From Proteus phage 2, in sequence record MT679222.1: 32,000 nt of DNA; one strand, given 5' to 3'. The notes beneath the pieces are model-generated. The model was not told where the DNA came from, ran no database searches, and was given only the letters and a program-made list of their open reading frames with translations. A program made the position numbers and the translations under genes. Each line of letters starts with the position of its first letter. The stretch's first letter is position 1. Below are positions 24,382 to 32,000 of the stretch, piece by piece.

Positions 24382-24708
24382 ATGACTCTCAAGCTCGATC
24401 TTATTGATATTATTAATTCTAATGACGGGATCAAACACTTATACCCTACGGCAACCCGTAAAGAAATATTAGATATAGACTACGCCAATGCTCATGCGGA
24501 AGCCCAATCCCTAGCGTTTGCTTTCTTTATTGAAAACGGGTATGGTGCGCAAACAGGGCTAGAATGCACTAGAAGCGATATACTAGTGCATTATAGAGCT
24601 AACTATCTGTTACTTGATGATTATCAGGTTAACAGGGTTCTAGCTGTACTGGCAGGCATTACAAAGGTATACGATATCATTATTAAGATAGACACAAGCG
24701 ATATCTAA
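24382..24708 (+). CDS. hypothetical pre-early protein
   Basis: ORF track, 108 aa; GAGGTG upstream. Confidence 0.8.
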   Translation: MTLKLDLIDIINSNDGIKHLYPTATRKEILDIDYANAHAEAQSLAFAFFIENGYGAQTGLECTRSDILVHYRANYLLLDDYQVNRVLAVLAGITKVYDIIIKIDTSDI

Positions 24709-24716
24709 AAATTAAC

Positions 24717-24774
24717 TTGACAATTAAAACTTAGTCACCTATAATAAGCCCTAGATTGACCGCTCTTTAAAAAT
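24717..24774 (+). promoter_or_regulatory. promoter P3 (TTGACA-N17-TATAAT) plus boxA-like GCTCTTTAAAAAT at 24762
   Basis: Perfect promoter hexamers. Confidence 0.8.
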
Positions 24775-24802
24775 CCCGTTAAAATTAGATAGTAAAAAGT
24801 GC

Positions 24803-24861
24803 TTGACAAGGTTAACGGTTGATGTATAATAAGCGGTATAGAAACAACGCTCTTTAACAAT
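24803..24861 (+). promoter_or_regulatory. promoter P4 (TTGACA-N16-TATAAT) plus boxA GCTCTTTAACAAT at 24849
   Basis: Perfect hexamers and boxA. Confidence 0.85.
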
Positions 24862-25011
24862 TTAGAAAAAACACGCTAACAGAATTCATTGCCATTGAAT
24901 GCTTTACTTGCTTGATGTGTTAATTTATAGGGCACTTGTACAAGTACCCTATTTAATAACACAATAGTGTGTTATATTTTCCCTTTAAAAACTATTTAGG
25001 AGTTACAAATT

Positions 25012-25461
25012 ATGTCTATTAAATTCGGTTGGACTGATGAAAACACTGTTATTGTTATCGAAGCATATCAAGCTGATTTAGTACCGCAGGACGGCGAAAC
25101 GGAAGCCGACGCGATTTTACGTGCAAATGCTACTGATAACTTAACCCGCATCGGTGAGTTGGTTGATAATCCGTCTCCTCACTCAGTTCGCACTAAATTA
25201 GTTAATGCCAAAGTATACGTTAAGCCATCTTCACCGCGCAAGGTTGGTGCTGGCTCTAGCATTCGCAAGGCTCACGTAGTGTTCGCTATTGCAAAAACTA
25301 TCGAGGAGTTAGGACAAGTTGAAGATATGGGCGAAGTTAAGAGCGCAACTAACAACCCATTGTTATCATTAGAAAGTGCGAAAATGGATAGCCTGATGAT
25401 CATCGCGCAAGGATTCGGCTTAGATGAAGATGCAATCAAAGCGTTAAATAACTTAGAATAA
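25012..25461 (+). CDS. hypothetical pre-early protein, positional candidate for T5 A2
   Basis: 149 aa; TAGGAG Shine-Dalgarno; A2 identity is from gene order only. Confidence 0.75.
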   Translation: MSIKFGWTDENTVIVIEAYQADLVPQDGETEADAILRANATDNLTRIGELVDNPSPHSVRTKLVNAKVYVKPSSPRKVGAGSSIRKAHVVFAIAKTIEELGQVEDMGEVKSATNNPLLSLESAKMDSLMIIAQGFGLDEDAIKALNNLE

Positions 25462-25551
25462 GTTTTCTTATACAATACGCCTACTTAGTGGGCGTATTAA
25501 TAAGCAAATAGCCTCGTAAACGTGCTTAATTTGATAGAGTTCTTTAATCTA

Positions 25552-25576
25552 CCCCTTTGGTATGAAGGGGCTTTTT
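25552..25576 (+). terminator. rho-independent terminator
   Basis: ACCCCTT-TGGTATG-AAGGGGCTTTTT. Confidence 0.8.
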
Positions 25577-25607
25577 AAAGTGTTCTTAATACGAGGATTT
25601 TTGAATT

Positions 25608-25802
25608 ATGTATGAGTTAGTATGTGGGTTCATAATAGGTAGCATATTATTAGTTTTAGGGGCTACATATATTCCATCGAAAGCGTATAGGCTTTATTGT
25701 TTTATAAGTTTGTATTTAGGAATCCTTATAACGTCCATTAGTTCACTAGGCATCATCGGCTATTGGGTGGTTAAGCTAGTTACTAAATGGATAGGAGCAT
25801 AA
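25608..25802 (+). CDS. small membrane protein
   Basis: Two hydrophobic segments, 64 aa. Confidence 0.7.
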   Translation: MYELVCGFIIGSILLVLGATYIPSKAYRLYCFISLYLGILITSISSLGIIGYWVVKLVTKWIGA

Positions 25803-25805
25803 CCT

Positions 25806-25982
25806 ATGGACGTTAATACTATTGTTATATTAATTAATGGCTTTATTTGTTTGTTTATGGGATTGACCCAAATATCTATAGGCATTTCTAGCAGTATAAC
25901 AACCCCTAAAGTAACAGGGGCTTTCTTTTCTACTTGTGGCGTTGTATTTATAGCCTATGGGCTATTCTTACTATTTAATTAG
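25806..25982 (+). CDS. small membrane protein, 58 aa (not in ORF track)
   Basis: MDVNTIVILINGFICLFMGLTQISIGISSSITTPKVTGAFFSTCGVVFIAYGLFLLFN. Confidence 0.65.
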   Translation: MDVNTIVILINGFICLFMGLTQISIGISSSITTPKVTGAFFSTCGVVFIAYGLFLLFN

Positions 25983-26060
25983 TTAGTATTATATAAAGCC
26001 ATTAAATTATAGTGGCTTTCTACAATGCTGTTAATTCCCCTAATAATAGGAGTGTAATAA

Positions 26061-27779
26061 ATGTATAAAATTGAATCGCTATCTAAAGCCCATAAAGAAT
26101 GCCTAGCAAAAATGGCTCAAGATTTAAATTTTTATGGAAAGCGTATTTTAGAAAGCAAGTTAGGCGTATGTGAGCAAGTGGTAAGCGCATTTCATAAAGA
26201 CACTGGCAGAGAAATATCTAGCACCGATTTAATGGAATGGTACGAGGAAAACCGCCCCGTAAAAGTTGCCACAAAGCGAGAAAAGACAATCAAAGAAGAC
26301 ACACGCCCAGTTTCGGACGGTATCTTAAACAATGAATGGGAGCGTTGGGAAACAATAAGCGGTAATTGCTGGATTCTAACCAGTGCGCAGAATAACACTG
26401 ATTTAAATAGACCATTTTGGCAGGCATTAAAGCGCTTGTCTGAATACCTTAATGCGCCTATCTTGACAAATAGTGTGACTTATGCACTATCTGAATTTAA
26501 AAAGATGGATAGACTCGAACACCGCTACCCCGAAGAGATACGCCATACGTTAATTAACGAAAACGTATATTTAGGTAATAACGGTTTTTGTTTCCTAGCG
26601 AAAACTAATATCACGCCTAGCGCTCGATTCCCTATTCAGGGATTAGGGGGCATTTTACCGCCTAATGCGAGCGGTGCGTTTGGTACGGTTAAGCAGGACA
26701 GTGAATCCTTGCCAGTTGCTAAGGGGTGTGATAGTCGCCAGATTTTCGGCACTGGTACTTTAACGCAACGTAACTATCGCGGAAAAAAAGCAGGTCAAAA
26801 AGTTGAGCCTTTCCATACATATGGCGCTTTAATCGTTACTATGGACGAGGACGGTTATCATCATGTTAGACAAATACAGTCGGTTGATGATACTGGCGCA
26901 TTTTATGATTTTGACGGTAACGAGGTTTTTTATGTTACGCCAGATAGCATTGATTTAGTTAATGTTGATGAAGATCGTCCAGTGTCGGCTATCCAATATG
27001 GTGATATTCACGCCGAAAAAGTTGATCCTCTAGTGGCTCGTATTAGTTGGGATATTAGTTATCCGTATAGCTTATCGCGTCGTCTAAAGCCTGTTTATAC
27101 ATGTATTCATGATGTGATTGATTTTATGAGCCGTAACCATCATAACCGCAATAACCCAGACTTCTTGTTTGAACAATGGTTACTAGGTCGTGAAAATGGC
27201 GGTCGTAGCGTAGAAGATGATTTGCGAGATACCGCCAACGTGTTAGAACAAATCGCAGAAAACCAAGACACTACGCTAGTGATTGTTGAATCTAACCATG
27301 ATTTAGCATTAACGCGCTGGTTAACAGATCGCGACTATAAAGTGGGATATGATCCAGCTAATGCCATTACTTACCATAGCTTAAACTTAGCTAAGTTTGA
27401 AGCGCTCAAAGCTGGAAAAGAATTTAATGCACTTGAACACGCATTAAATAACATTGGCGGGCTAGATATTGATAACATTCGTTATCTAAGCGTTGACGAA
27501 GATTTTACGGTTGCTGGCGTTGCTATGGGCTTTCATGGTCATAACGGAATTAACGGCTCTCGCGGTAGTGCCAAAGGCTATACAAAAATGTTTATGCCAA
27601 TGAATACAGGGCACACGCATTCGGCATCTATCCTAGATAACGTTTGGACGGCTGGCGTTTCAGGCTTAAAAGATATGGGCTACAATATCGGTGGTACTTC
27701 ATGGACTCAAAGCCATATCATAACCTTTAAAAATGGTCAGCGTATGTTATTAAACGTTGTTAACGGTCGCTTCTTTTAA
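26061..27779 (+). CDS. A1: T5 A1-like pre-early protein, metallophosphoesterase-like
   Basis: 572 aa; opening MYKIESLSKAHKECLAKMA, motifs IQYGDIHAEKVD, VESNHDLAL, GHNGINGSRGSAKGYTKMFMPMNTGHTHSASI. Confidence 0.75.
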   Translation: MYKIESLSKAHKECLAKMAQDLNFYGKRILESKLGVCEQVVSAFHKDTGREISSTDLMEWYEENRPVKVATKREKTIKEDTRPVSDGILNNEWERWETISGNCWILTSAQNNTDLNRPFWQALKRLSEYLNAPILTNSVTYALSEFKKMDRLEHRYPEEIRHTLINENVYLGNNGFCFLAKTNITPSARFPIQGLGGILPPNASGAFGTVKQDSESLPVAKGCDSRQIFGTGTLTQRNYRGKKAGQKVEPFHTYGALIVTMDEDGYHHVRQIQSVDDTGAFYDFDGNEVFYVTPDSIDLVNVDEDRPVSAIQYGDIHAEKVDPLVARISWDISYPYSLSRRLKPVYTCIHDVIDFMSRNHHNRNNPDFLFEQWLLGRENGGRSVEDDLRDTANVLEQIAENQDTTLVIVESNHDLALTRWLTDRDYKVGYDPANAITYHSLNLAKFEALKAGKEFNALEHALNNIGGLDIDNIRYLSVDEDFTVAGVAMGFHGHNGINGSRGSAKGYTKMFMPMNTGHTHSASILDNVWTAGVSGLKDMGYNIGGTSWTQSHIITFKNGQRMLLNVVNGRFF

Positions 27780-27825
27780 TAGACACCATAGGGCAAGGAA
27801 GCCCACTTTATAAAGGTATTCAATC

Positions 27826-28128
27826 ATGAAACATAAACAAGCCTACTTATGTGAGTGCGGGGCATTATCAGAACACCAAGATAAATGCCCTGATTGCGGT
27901 AATGACGATTTGAGCGATATTAGCGTTTATCTTAAAGTTACCGTTTATGATACGGATAGTTGCAATAGTCTAGAAGTGTATATTGATACTAATATGTGTC
28001 TAGAAGATTGGAACAATTTAAGCGACACTGATAAAATTCAGCACGTAGCAGAATGCAAAGAGCAATTACTTATCCGCTCAGAAGTTATTGCTGTTGACAA
28101 TGATGGTAACGATATGTTTGAGGTTTAA
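27826..28128 (+). CDS. small zinc-ribbon protein, hypothetical
   Basis: CECGALSEHQDKCPDCGN. Confidence 0.75.
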   Translation: MKHKQAYLCECGALSEHQDKCPDCGNDDLSDISVYLKVTVYDTDSCNSLEVYIDTNMCLEDWNNLSDTDKIQHVAECKEQLLIRSEVIAVDNDGNDMFEV

Positions 28129-28203
28129 CAAGTGCCACCGTTTTTAATCTATTTTATAGTAGTTGTTTTACTTTCCCTTTCATTCCTTTAAGGAGTTTAA
28201 AAA

Positions 28204-28653
28204 ATGATCTTAGTTGATATAGTATTAACTTACAGTAACGGCAGACAATGGCACGCAAAAAACATTGTGTTAGAATCTATCCACGCATCGGTCAATGAGT
28301 ACGGCAGACCGTTGTTAATCTACCATAATGAGCAAGTAGAAGTTAGCTCAGAGGTAGAAGATATTCACGAGTTTTCAAAAAGTGAAAACTCTTTCGTAAC
28401 TAATAATTTAGCCATATACTCTAGCACTGGCGTAGAATTAGATATTTTAGCAGATGGACTTATTAACCTTGAGATCACCGCCCATGAATCACTATGGGGT
28501 AGTGACCTAGCACGCTTTGAGAACGTTCTTTCTAAGTTGGTGATTGATTTATCCGACTCAGATAAATTTGATATTGTTGAATATACTGCATTAGGAACAA
28601 AGTATTCGGCGGGCGATATGGTTAATATTTATATTGTACCCCTAGCAAATTAA
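28204..28653 (+). CDS. hypothetical pre-early protein
   Basis: ORF track, 149 aa; AAGGAG upstream. Confidence 0.75.
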   Translation: MILVDIVLTYSNGRQWHAKNIVLESIHASVNEYGRPLLIYHNEQVEVSSEVEDIHEFSKSENSFVTNNLAIYSSTGVELDILADGLINLEITAHESLWGSDLARFENVLSKLVIDLSDSDKFDIVEYTALGTKYSAGDMVNIYIVPLAN

Positions 28654-28660
28654 TAATATA

Positions 28661-28693
28661 ATAAAGCCCTTTCCTTATAGGGCTTTATATTTT
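28661..28693 (+). terminator. rho-independent terminator
   Basis: ATAAAGCCCT...AGGGCTTTATATTTT. Confidence 0.85.
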
Positions 28694-28719
28694 CCCTTTA
28701 ATTAGGAGTTGTTTTTAAA

Positions 28720-29439
28720 ATGAAATGTTATCCGCATGTTAAGAATGTTATGTTATGGGATTTAGACGGTACGGTTATAAATTCCTTTGGTAGAGTCGCG
28801 CCTTGCCTTGATGCTAATGGCAATCTAGACTTGCAGAAATATATCAATACAGCTTGCACTCATGACAAGGTTATGACCGATAGCTTGCTACCCCTAGCGG
28901 AGGTAATGAAAGCCTACCAGAAGTTAGAGGGCACGCATAACATCGTTATCACAGCCCGAACAATGAGCAAGAGTGACTACTACTTCTTGCGTAAACATGG
29001 GCTTATTACTAGCACTAAGCAAGCGTGCTCTTTGATGAGCCGTGACCGCTTGCATAAATACTTTGACTTAGATGAGGTATTAAAAATCTATCGTTGTAAA
29101 GATGGGGAATATAAAGGATTCTACTTTGATCGTGTTCGTGAAATGTACCCTAATGCAACTATAACCATGATTGATGATCACAAAGATGTGCTAGCGGTTG
29201 CGGTTGAAAAAGGTTTTCGTGCCATTGATGCCACCCTATTAAATGATATCATCGGCATCGGGGCAACTATCGCAGGGGCGGACTTCTTAGATGATATGTT
29301 AACAGATTTTAGTGATCCTGAAATTTTAGAAGAAAACATTTCCCGCCTATGGGAAACGTTAACAGTGGAAGAACGAGAATCATTATCAACTACTGTTAGC
29401 ACCCTAGCGAAACGTTCACTTATTGAAAAGGTTGCATAG
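28720..29439 (+). CDS. dmp: HAD-family phosphatase, T5 dmp-like (5'-deoxyribonucleotidase)
   Basis: LWDLDGTVINS, VITART, MIDDHKDV HAD motifs; position beside the proposed genome terminus. Confidence 0.7.
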   Translation: MKCYPHVKNVMLWDLDGTVINSFGRVAPCLDANGNLDLQKYINTACTHDKVMTDSLLPLAEVMKAYQKLEGTHNIVITARTMSKSDYYFLRKHGLITSTKQACSLMSRDRLHKYFDLDEVLKIYRCKDGEYKGFYFDRVREMYPNATITMIDDHKDVLAVAVEKGFRAIDATLLNDIIGIGATIAGADFLDDMLTDFSDPEILEENISRLWETLTVEERESLSTTVSTLAKRSLIEKVA

Positions 29440-29522
29440 TTAAATAATAGGCAGTAATTATAATAACACTGGACGACTGAAAGGTTGAGTTATAATTACA
29501 TTAAGAAACAATAAGGTTAGGG

Positions 29523-29558
29523 GATAGCTACTCAATGCGACTGTTGCGAGTAGCTATC
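29523..29558. other. large perfect hairpin GATAGCTACTC...GAGTAGCTATC
   Basis: 11-bp perfect stem, 14-nt loop, convergent intergenic region. Confidence 0.85.
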
Positions 29559-29737
29559 ATAAATAGCAGTGATAGTAACGTAACGTTATAGTTACACACA
29601 GGGGCGGTAACGAGACTAAACTATCACCCCCTGTTATTGGGACACACCCTCACGTACATAACACCAATTTTCCGTGAAAAGGCAATTTAGGAGCTAATTA
29701 GGTTATTGTCCCAAGTTTAGACTAAAGGTGACACATC

Positions 29738-29800
29738 TGACGAACAATGTGACGTATTTGACGAACAATATGACGCAGTTAACGAACAAGCCGACAAGAA
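29738..29800. repeat. three 21-bp-period direct repeats (TGACGAACAATRTGACG...)
   Basis: Repeat starts at 29738, 29759, 29780; third copy degenerate. Confidence 0.85.
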
Positions 29801-29821
29801 CTCCCCTGCCCAAGACCCAAT

Positions 29822-30169
29822 TTACCACTTAGCTATAAACACTACAGACTTGCTGTGCTCGTGATTAATAACTAATTCAAGGTCAGTATCCTTTAGCCAG
29901 GATATAGTTTCTGCTACCGACTTACTACAAACTTCTGCAATTGCATCACTATCTAAATTACATAGATACGGAGCTACCTTACCCCAGGATTCAATATTCA
30001 GTGTATATCTTAACTCATTATGCCCCTCTTGAGCAGAAAGACGTAGATTTGTAATTATACTATTCTCAATCTCTTCTACTATAGTTGAAATGGCTTGCTT
30101 TATTTTCTCACTTCTAGCGTCTCTAGCGCTTTGCGCTGTTCTCGCTAAACTGTCTTTTAACTTAATCAT
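29822..30169 (-). CDS. hypothetical protein
   Basis: ORF track, 115 aa. Confidence 0.75.
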   Translation of the reverse strand: MIKLKDSLARTAQSARDARSEKIKQAISTIVEEIENSIITNLRLSAQEGHNELRYTLNIESWGKVAPYLCNLDSDAIAEVCSKSVAETISWLKDTDLELVINHEHSKSVVFIAKW

Positions 30170-30186
30170 CTTTACTCCACTATAAT

Positions 30187-30564
30187 TTAGTCTAACACTT
30201 CTAGAAGATCAGGATCTTCAGCAAGTCTCATTAAGATGTAACTATTTAGTTCATACCCCCAATACGGCGAGTATGGCATATGAACCACGCCAGTTGCGCC
30301 GTCTTTTTCCACACGGATGGCTAAAAGCTCAGCATGCAAATCCCCAAGTAGCTCTAGGTGGAATAGTTGGTATACTTCCCCTGGATGAACCCCGTACTGT
30401 CTTGCTCTCTCTTCGATAGACCATTGCACCGGTTCGAAGTGGAGCATACCACCTTCGAAAGATCCAATGTTTATAGTGTTATCTGATGCTTGATCTACCT
30501 GTCTCCACTCATGATTAAAATACTCTTGAGCAAACCCCAAACTATGTATTGATAAAATTTTCAT
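30187..30564 (-). CDS. hypothetical protein
   Basis: ORF track, 125 aa. Confidence 0.75.
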   Translation of the reverse strand: MKILSIHSLGFAQEYFNHEWRQVDQASDNTINIGSFEGGMLHFEPVQWSIEERARQYGVHPGEVYQLFHLELLGDLHAELLAIRVEKDGATGVVHMPYSPYWGYELNSYILMRLAEDPDLLEVLD

Positions 30565-30792
30565 ATGGTCTCCTTAATCTAACCAATCTTCGATAACGTT
30601 ATTAGTTACTTCCCATACACGAATATCTAGGGGTCCGATTATTCCCCTGTCAATCTTGTAATTTACGTTAAACTCTTTCTCTAGTCTAGAGATAACCTTA
30701 GTTGCTAAAGCTACATATACATACGGCTTTCTAGATGGGAGAAGTCGTAGATGCCTTTGGATACTAAACTATTTCTAGCTTCTAGGCTTACA

Positions 30793-31068
30793 TTATTTAA
30801 CCCCTAATTGTATAGTATCACTATTTAACTGGGTTGCTTTGAATTTGCTACCGCTATTAATAATGTCAACTACCTTTTCGGTTAGAAGATACGTAAATTC
30901 GTACCCACTTAGTTGGTATCGTCTATGTACCTTAGTGTATTCTTCAACATATGCATACTCGGTAATGCTAACAACTGAGATATCTGGATGGTGTGTTAGT
31001 ATCTTATGCCCAAAAGAGCTGATATGTTTTATAATTCGTTCTGCTAATGCTTCTGCAAATTCATTCAT
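30793..31068 (-). CDS. hypothetical protein
   Basis: ORF track, 91 aa. Confidence 0.7.
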   Translation of the reverse strand: MNEFAEALAERIIKHISSFGHKILTHHPDISVVSITEYAYVEEYTKVHRRYQLSGYEFTYLLTEKVVDIINSGSKFKATQLNSDTIQLGVK

Positions 31069-31070
31069 TA

Positions 31071-31628
31071 TTATACCCTTATATCATAATCAGCTTGCCA
31101 TAATTCATACTTATCATCGTATAAATTAGCTAACAAAGTCTTTATTTCTAGAGCACGAGTTTCTAGTGCTTCTAGCTCTTCTTCCAAAACGTCTATTTCT
31201 TTCTTCTGCTCACAAGAGTCTTCATCAATAAACTGCTCTTCTAGACTAGACGTTTCACAATCAGGGCAGACATGGTGAGTACCCTTAAATATATGGTCAT
31301 TACTAATAAGCCCACATGCTGGGCACATCAGCCTAGTCCCTTCTGGGAATTGTTCTGGTAATATTCTTCTAACTTTAATAATCCCAGAGATTGACGGGAT
31401 TGAAATATTAAAAGAGTCCCCAAGCAATTTGGTTAAGTAGCCCAGCACCTCAGATCTTAGTTCGTCAGAATCTACGGTAATAGGTGAGTCTGTGTCCAAT
31501 TCCTTTCTAGCTTCTAGATATAGAGTTGAAGTTGGGATACTAAAGTCCAGCTTAGTTGGGTTATCCCTTATATCCATATACGCACTGTAAGCTACGGATA
31601 ATGCTATTGCTTTATCTTCTTTGTTCAT
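31071..31628 (-). CDS. hypothetical protein with C4 zinc motif and C-terminal coiled-coil-like region
   Basis: CPACGLISNDHIFKGTHHVCPDC then a long acidic/Leu-rich helix. Confidence 0.8.
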   Translation of the reverse strand: MNKEDKAIALSVAYSAYMDIRDNPTKLDFSIPTSTLYLEARKELDTDSPITVDSDELRSEVLGYLTKLLGDSFNISIPSISGIIKVRRILPEQFPEGTRLMCPACGLISNDHIFKGTHHVCPDCETSSLEEQFIDEDSCEQKKEIDVLEEELEALETRALEIKTLLANLYDDKYELWQADYDIRV

Positions 31629-31634
31629 GCTGTA

Positions 31635-32000
31635 TCACTCACTATATAAATTATATTCGCAAGGGAAAATCCACTTACTTTCCTTGCTCATTAATGAAGG
31701 GAATAGTATTGCATGTGCTCCCCAAGTATTTCCAGTATCTAGCTTGACATTCAATCCTTGATCCAACATATAACAAAATACTCGATGAAGTAATACCGAC
31801 ATTACTGTGTTATAGTCAAATCTTCCATCTATTTCTTGAAATAGTTCCAATAGACCATCATTACTTACAAAATCTAAGATTATAAATCTATTATACTTAT
31901 AATCTTCACTTGTACAGGCAATGTATATAGATAAGGCACTAGTATGTACTAATGCTTCAAATATATCACTTTTAGAAAAGTTGTAATATGGGTCTTTCAT
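31635..32000 (-). CDS. hypothetical protein (ATG at window edge)
   Basis: ORF track, 121 aa. Confidence 0.65.
   Translation of the reverse strand: MKDPYYNFSKSDIFEALVHTSALSIYIACTSEDYKYNRFIILDFVSNDGLLELFQEIDGRFDYNTVMSVLLHRVFCYMLDQGLNVKLDTGNTWGAHAILFPSLMSKESKWIFPCEYNLYSE

Noticed and set aside
26061-27779. Annotation of the A1-like protein simply as a cellular DNA repair nuclease (Mre11/SbcD)
   Set aside because: Metallophosphoesterase-like motifs are present, but the N-terminus and position fit the T5 A1 family better. No specific SbcD signature was seen.

Overview
The window looks like part of the genome of a T5-like (Demerecviridae-type) siphophage, probably infecting a Vibrio-like gammaproteobacterium. 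I read it in three blocks. (1) 1-18.5 kb: plus-strand early/accessory region with nine well-formed tRNA genes and one degenerate tRNA-like gene (276-3718), many small hypothetical ORFs, and a T5-like set of functions: spanin pair, dNMP kinase, ClpP-like protease, probable holin and endolysin, and Ser/Thr phosphatase. It also has a family of near-perfect sigma70 promoters and two strong candidates for non-coding RNAs (about 1915-2144 and 18539-18700). (2) 18.7-20.6 kb: long non-coding, repeat-rich spacer with a C/T-rich 15-18 bp tandem array, three 46-bp-period iterons, small hairpins and DnaA boxes. It resembles the T5 injection-stop region. (3) 20.6-29.45 kb: a divergently transcribed block that resembles T5 pre-early (first-step-transfer) DNA, with an A1-like protein and a dmp-like HAD phosphatase. 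Its central control region carries five promoter + rrn-type boxA (GCTCTTTAACAAT) modules. A convergent non-coding junction with a strong hairpin and 21-bp direct repeats (29.5-29.8 kb) follows, then minus-strand hypothetical ORFs to the window end. T5-like assignments come from recall of motifs and gene order, not from database searches.
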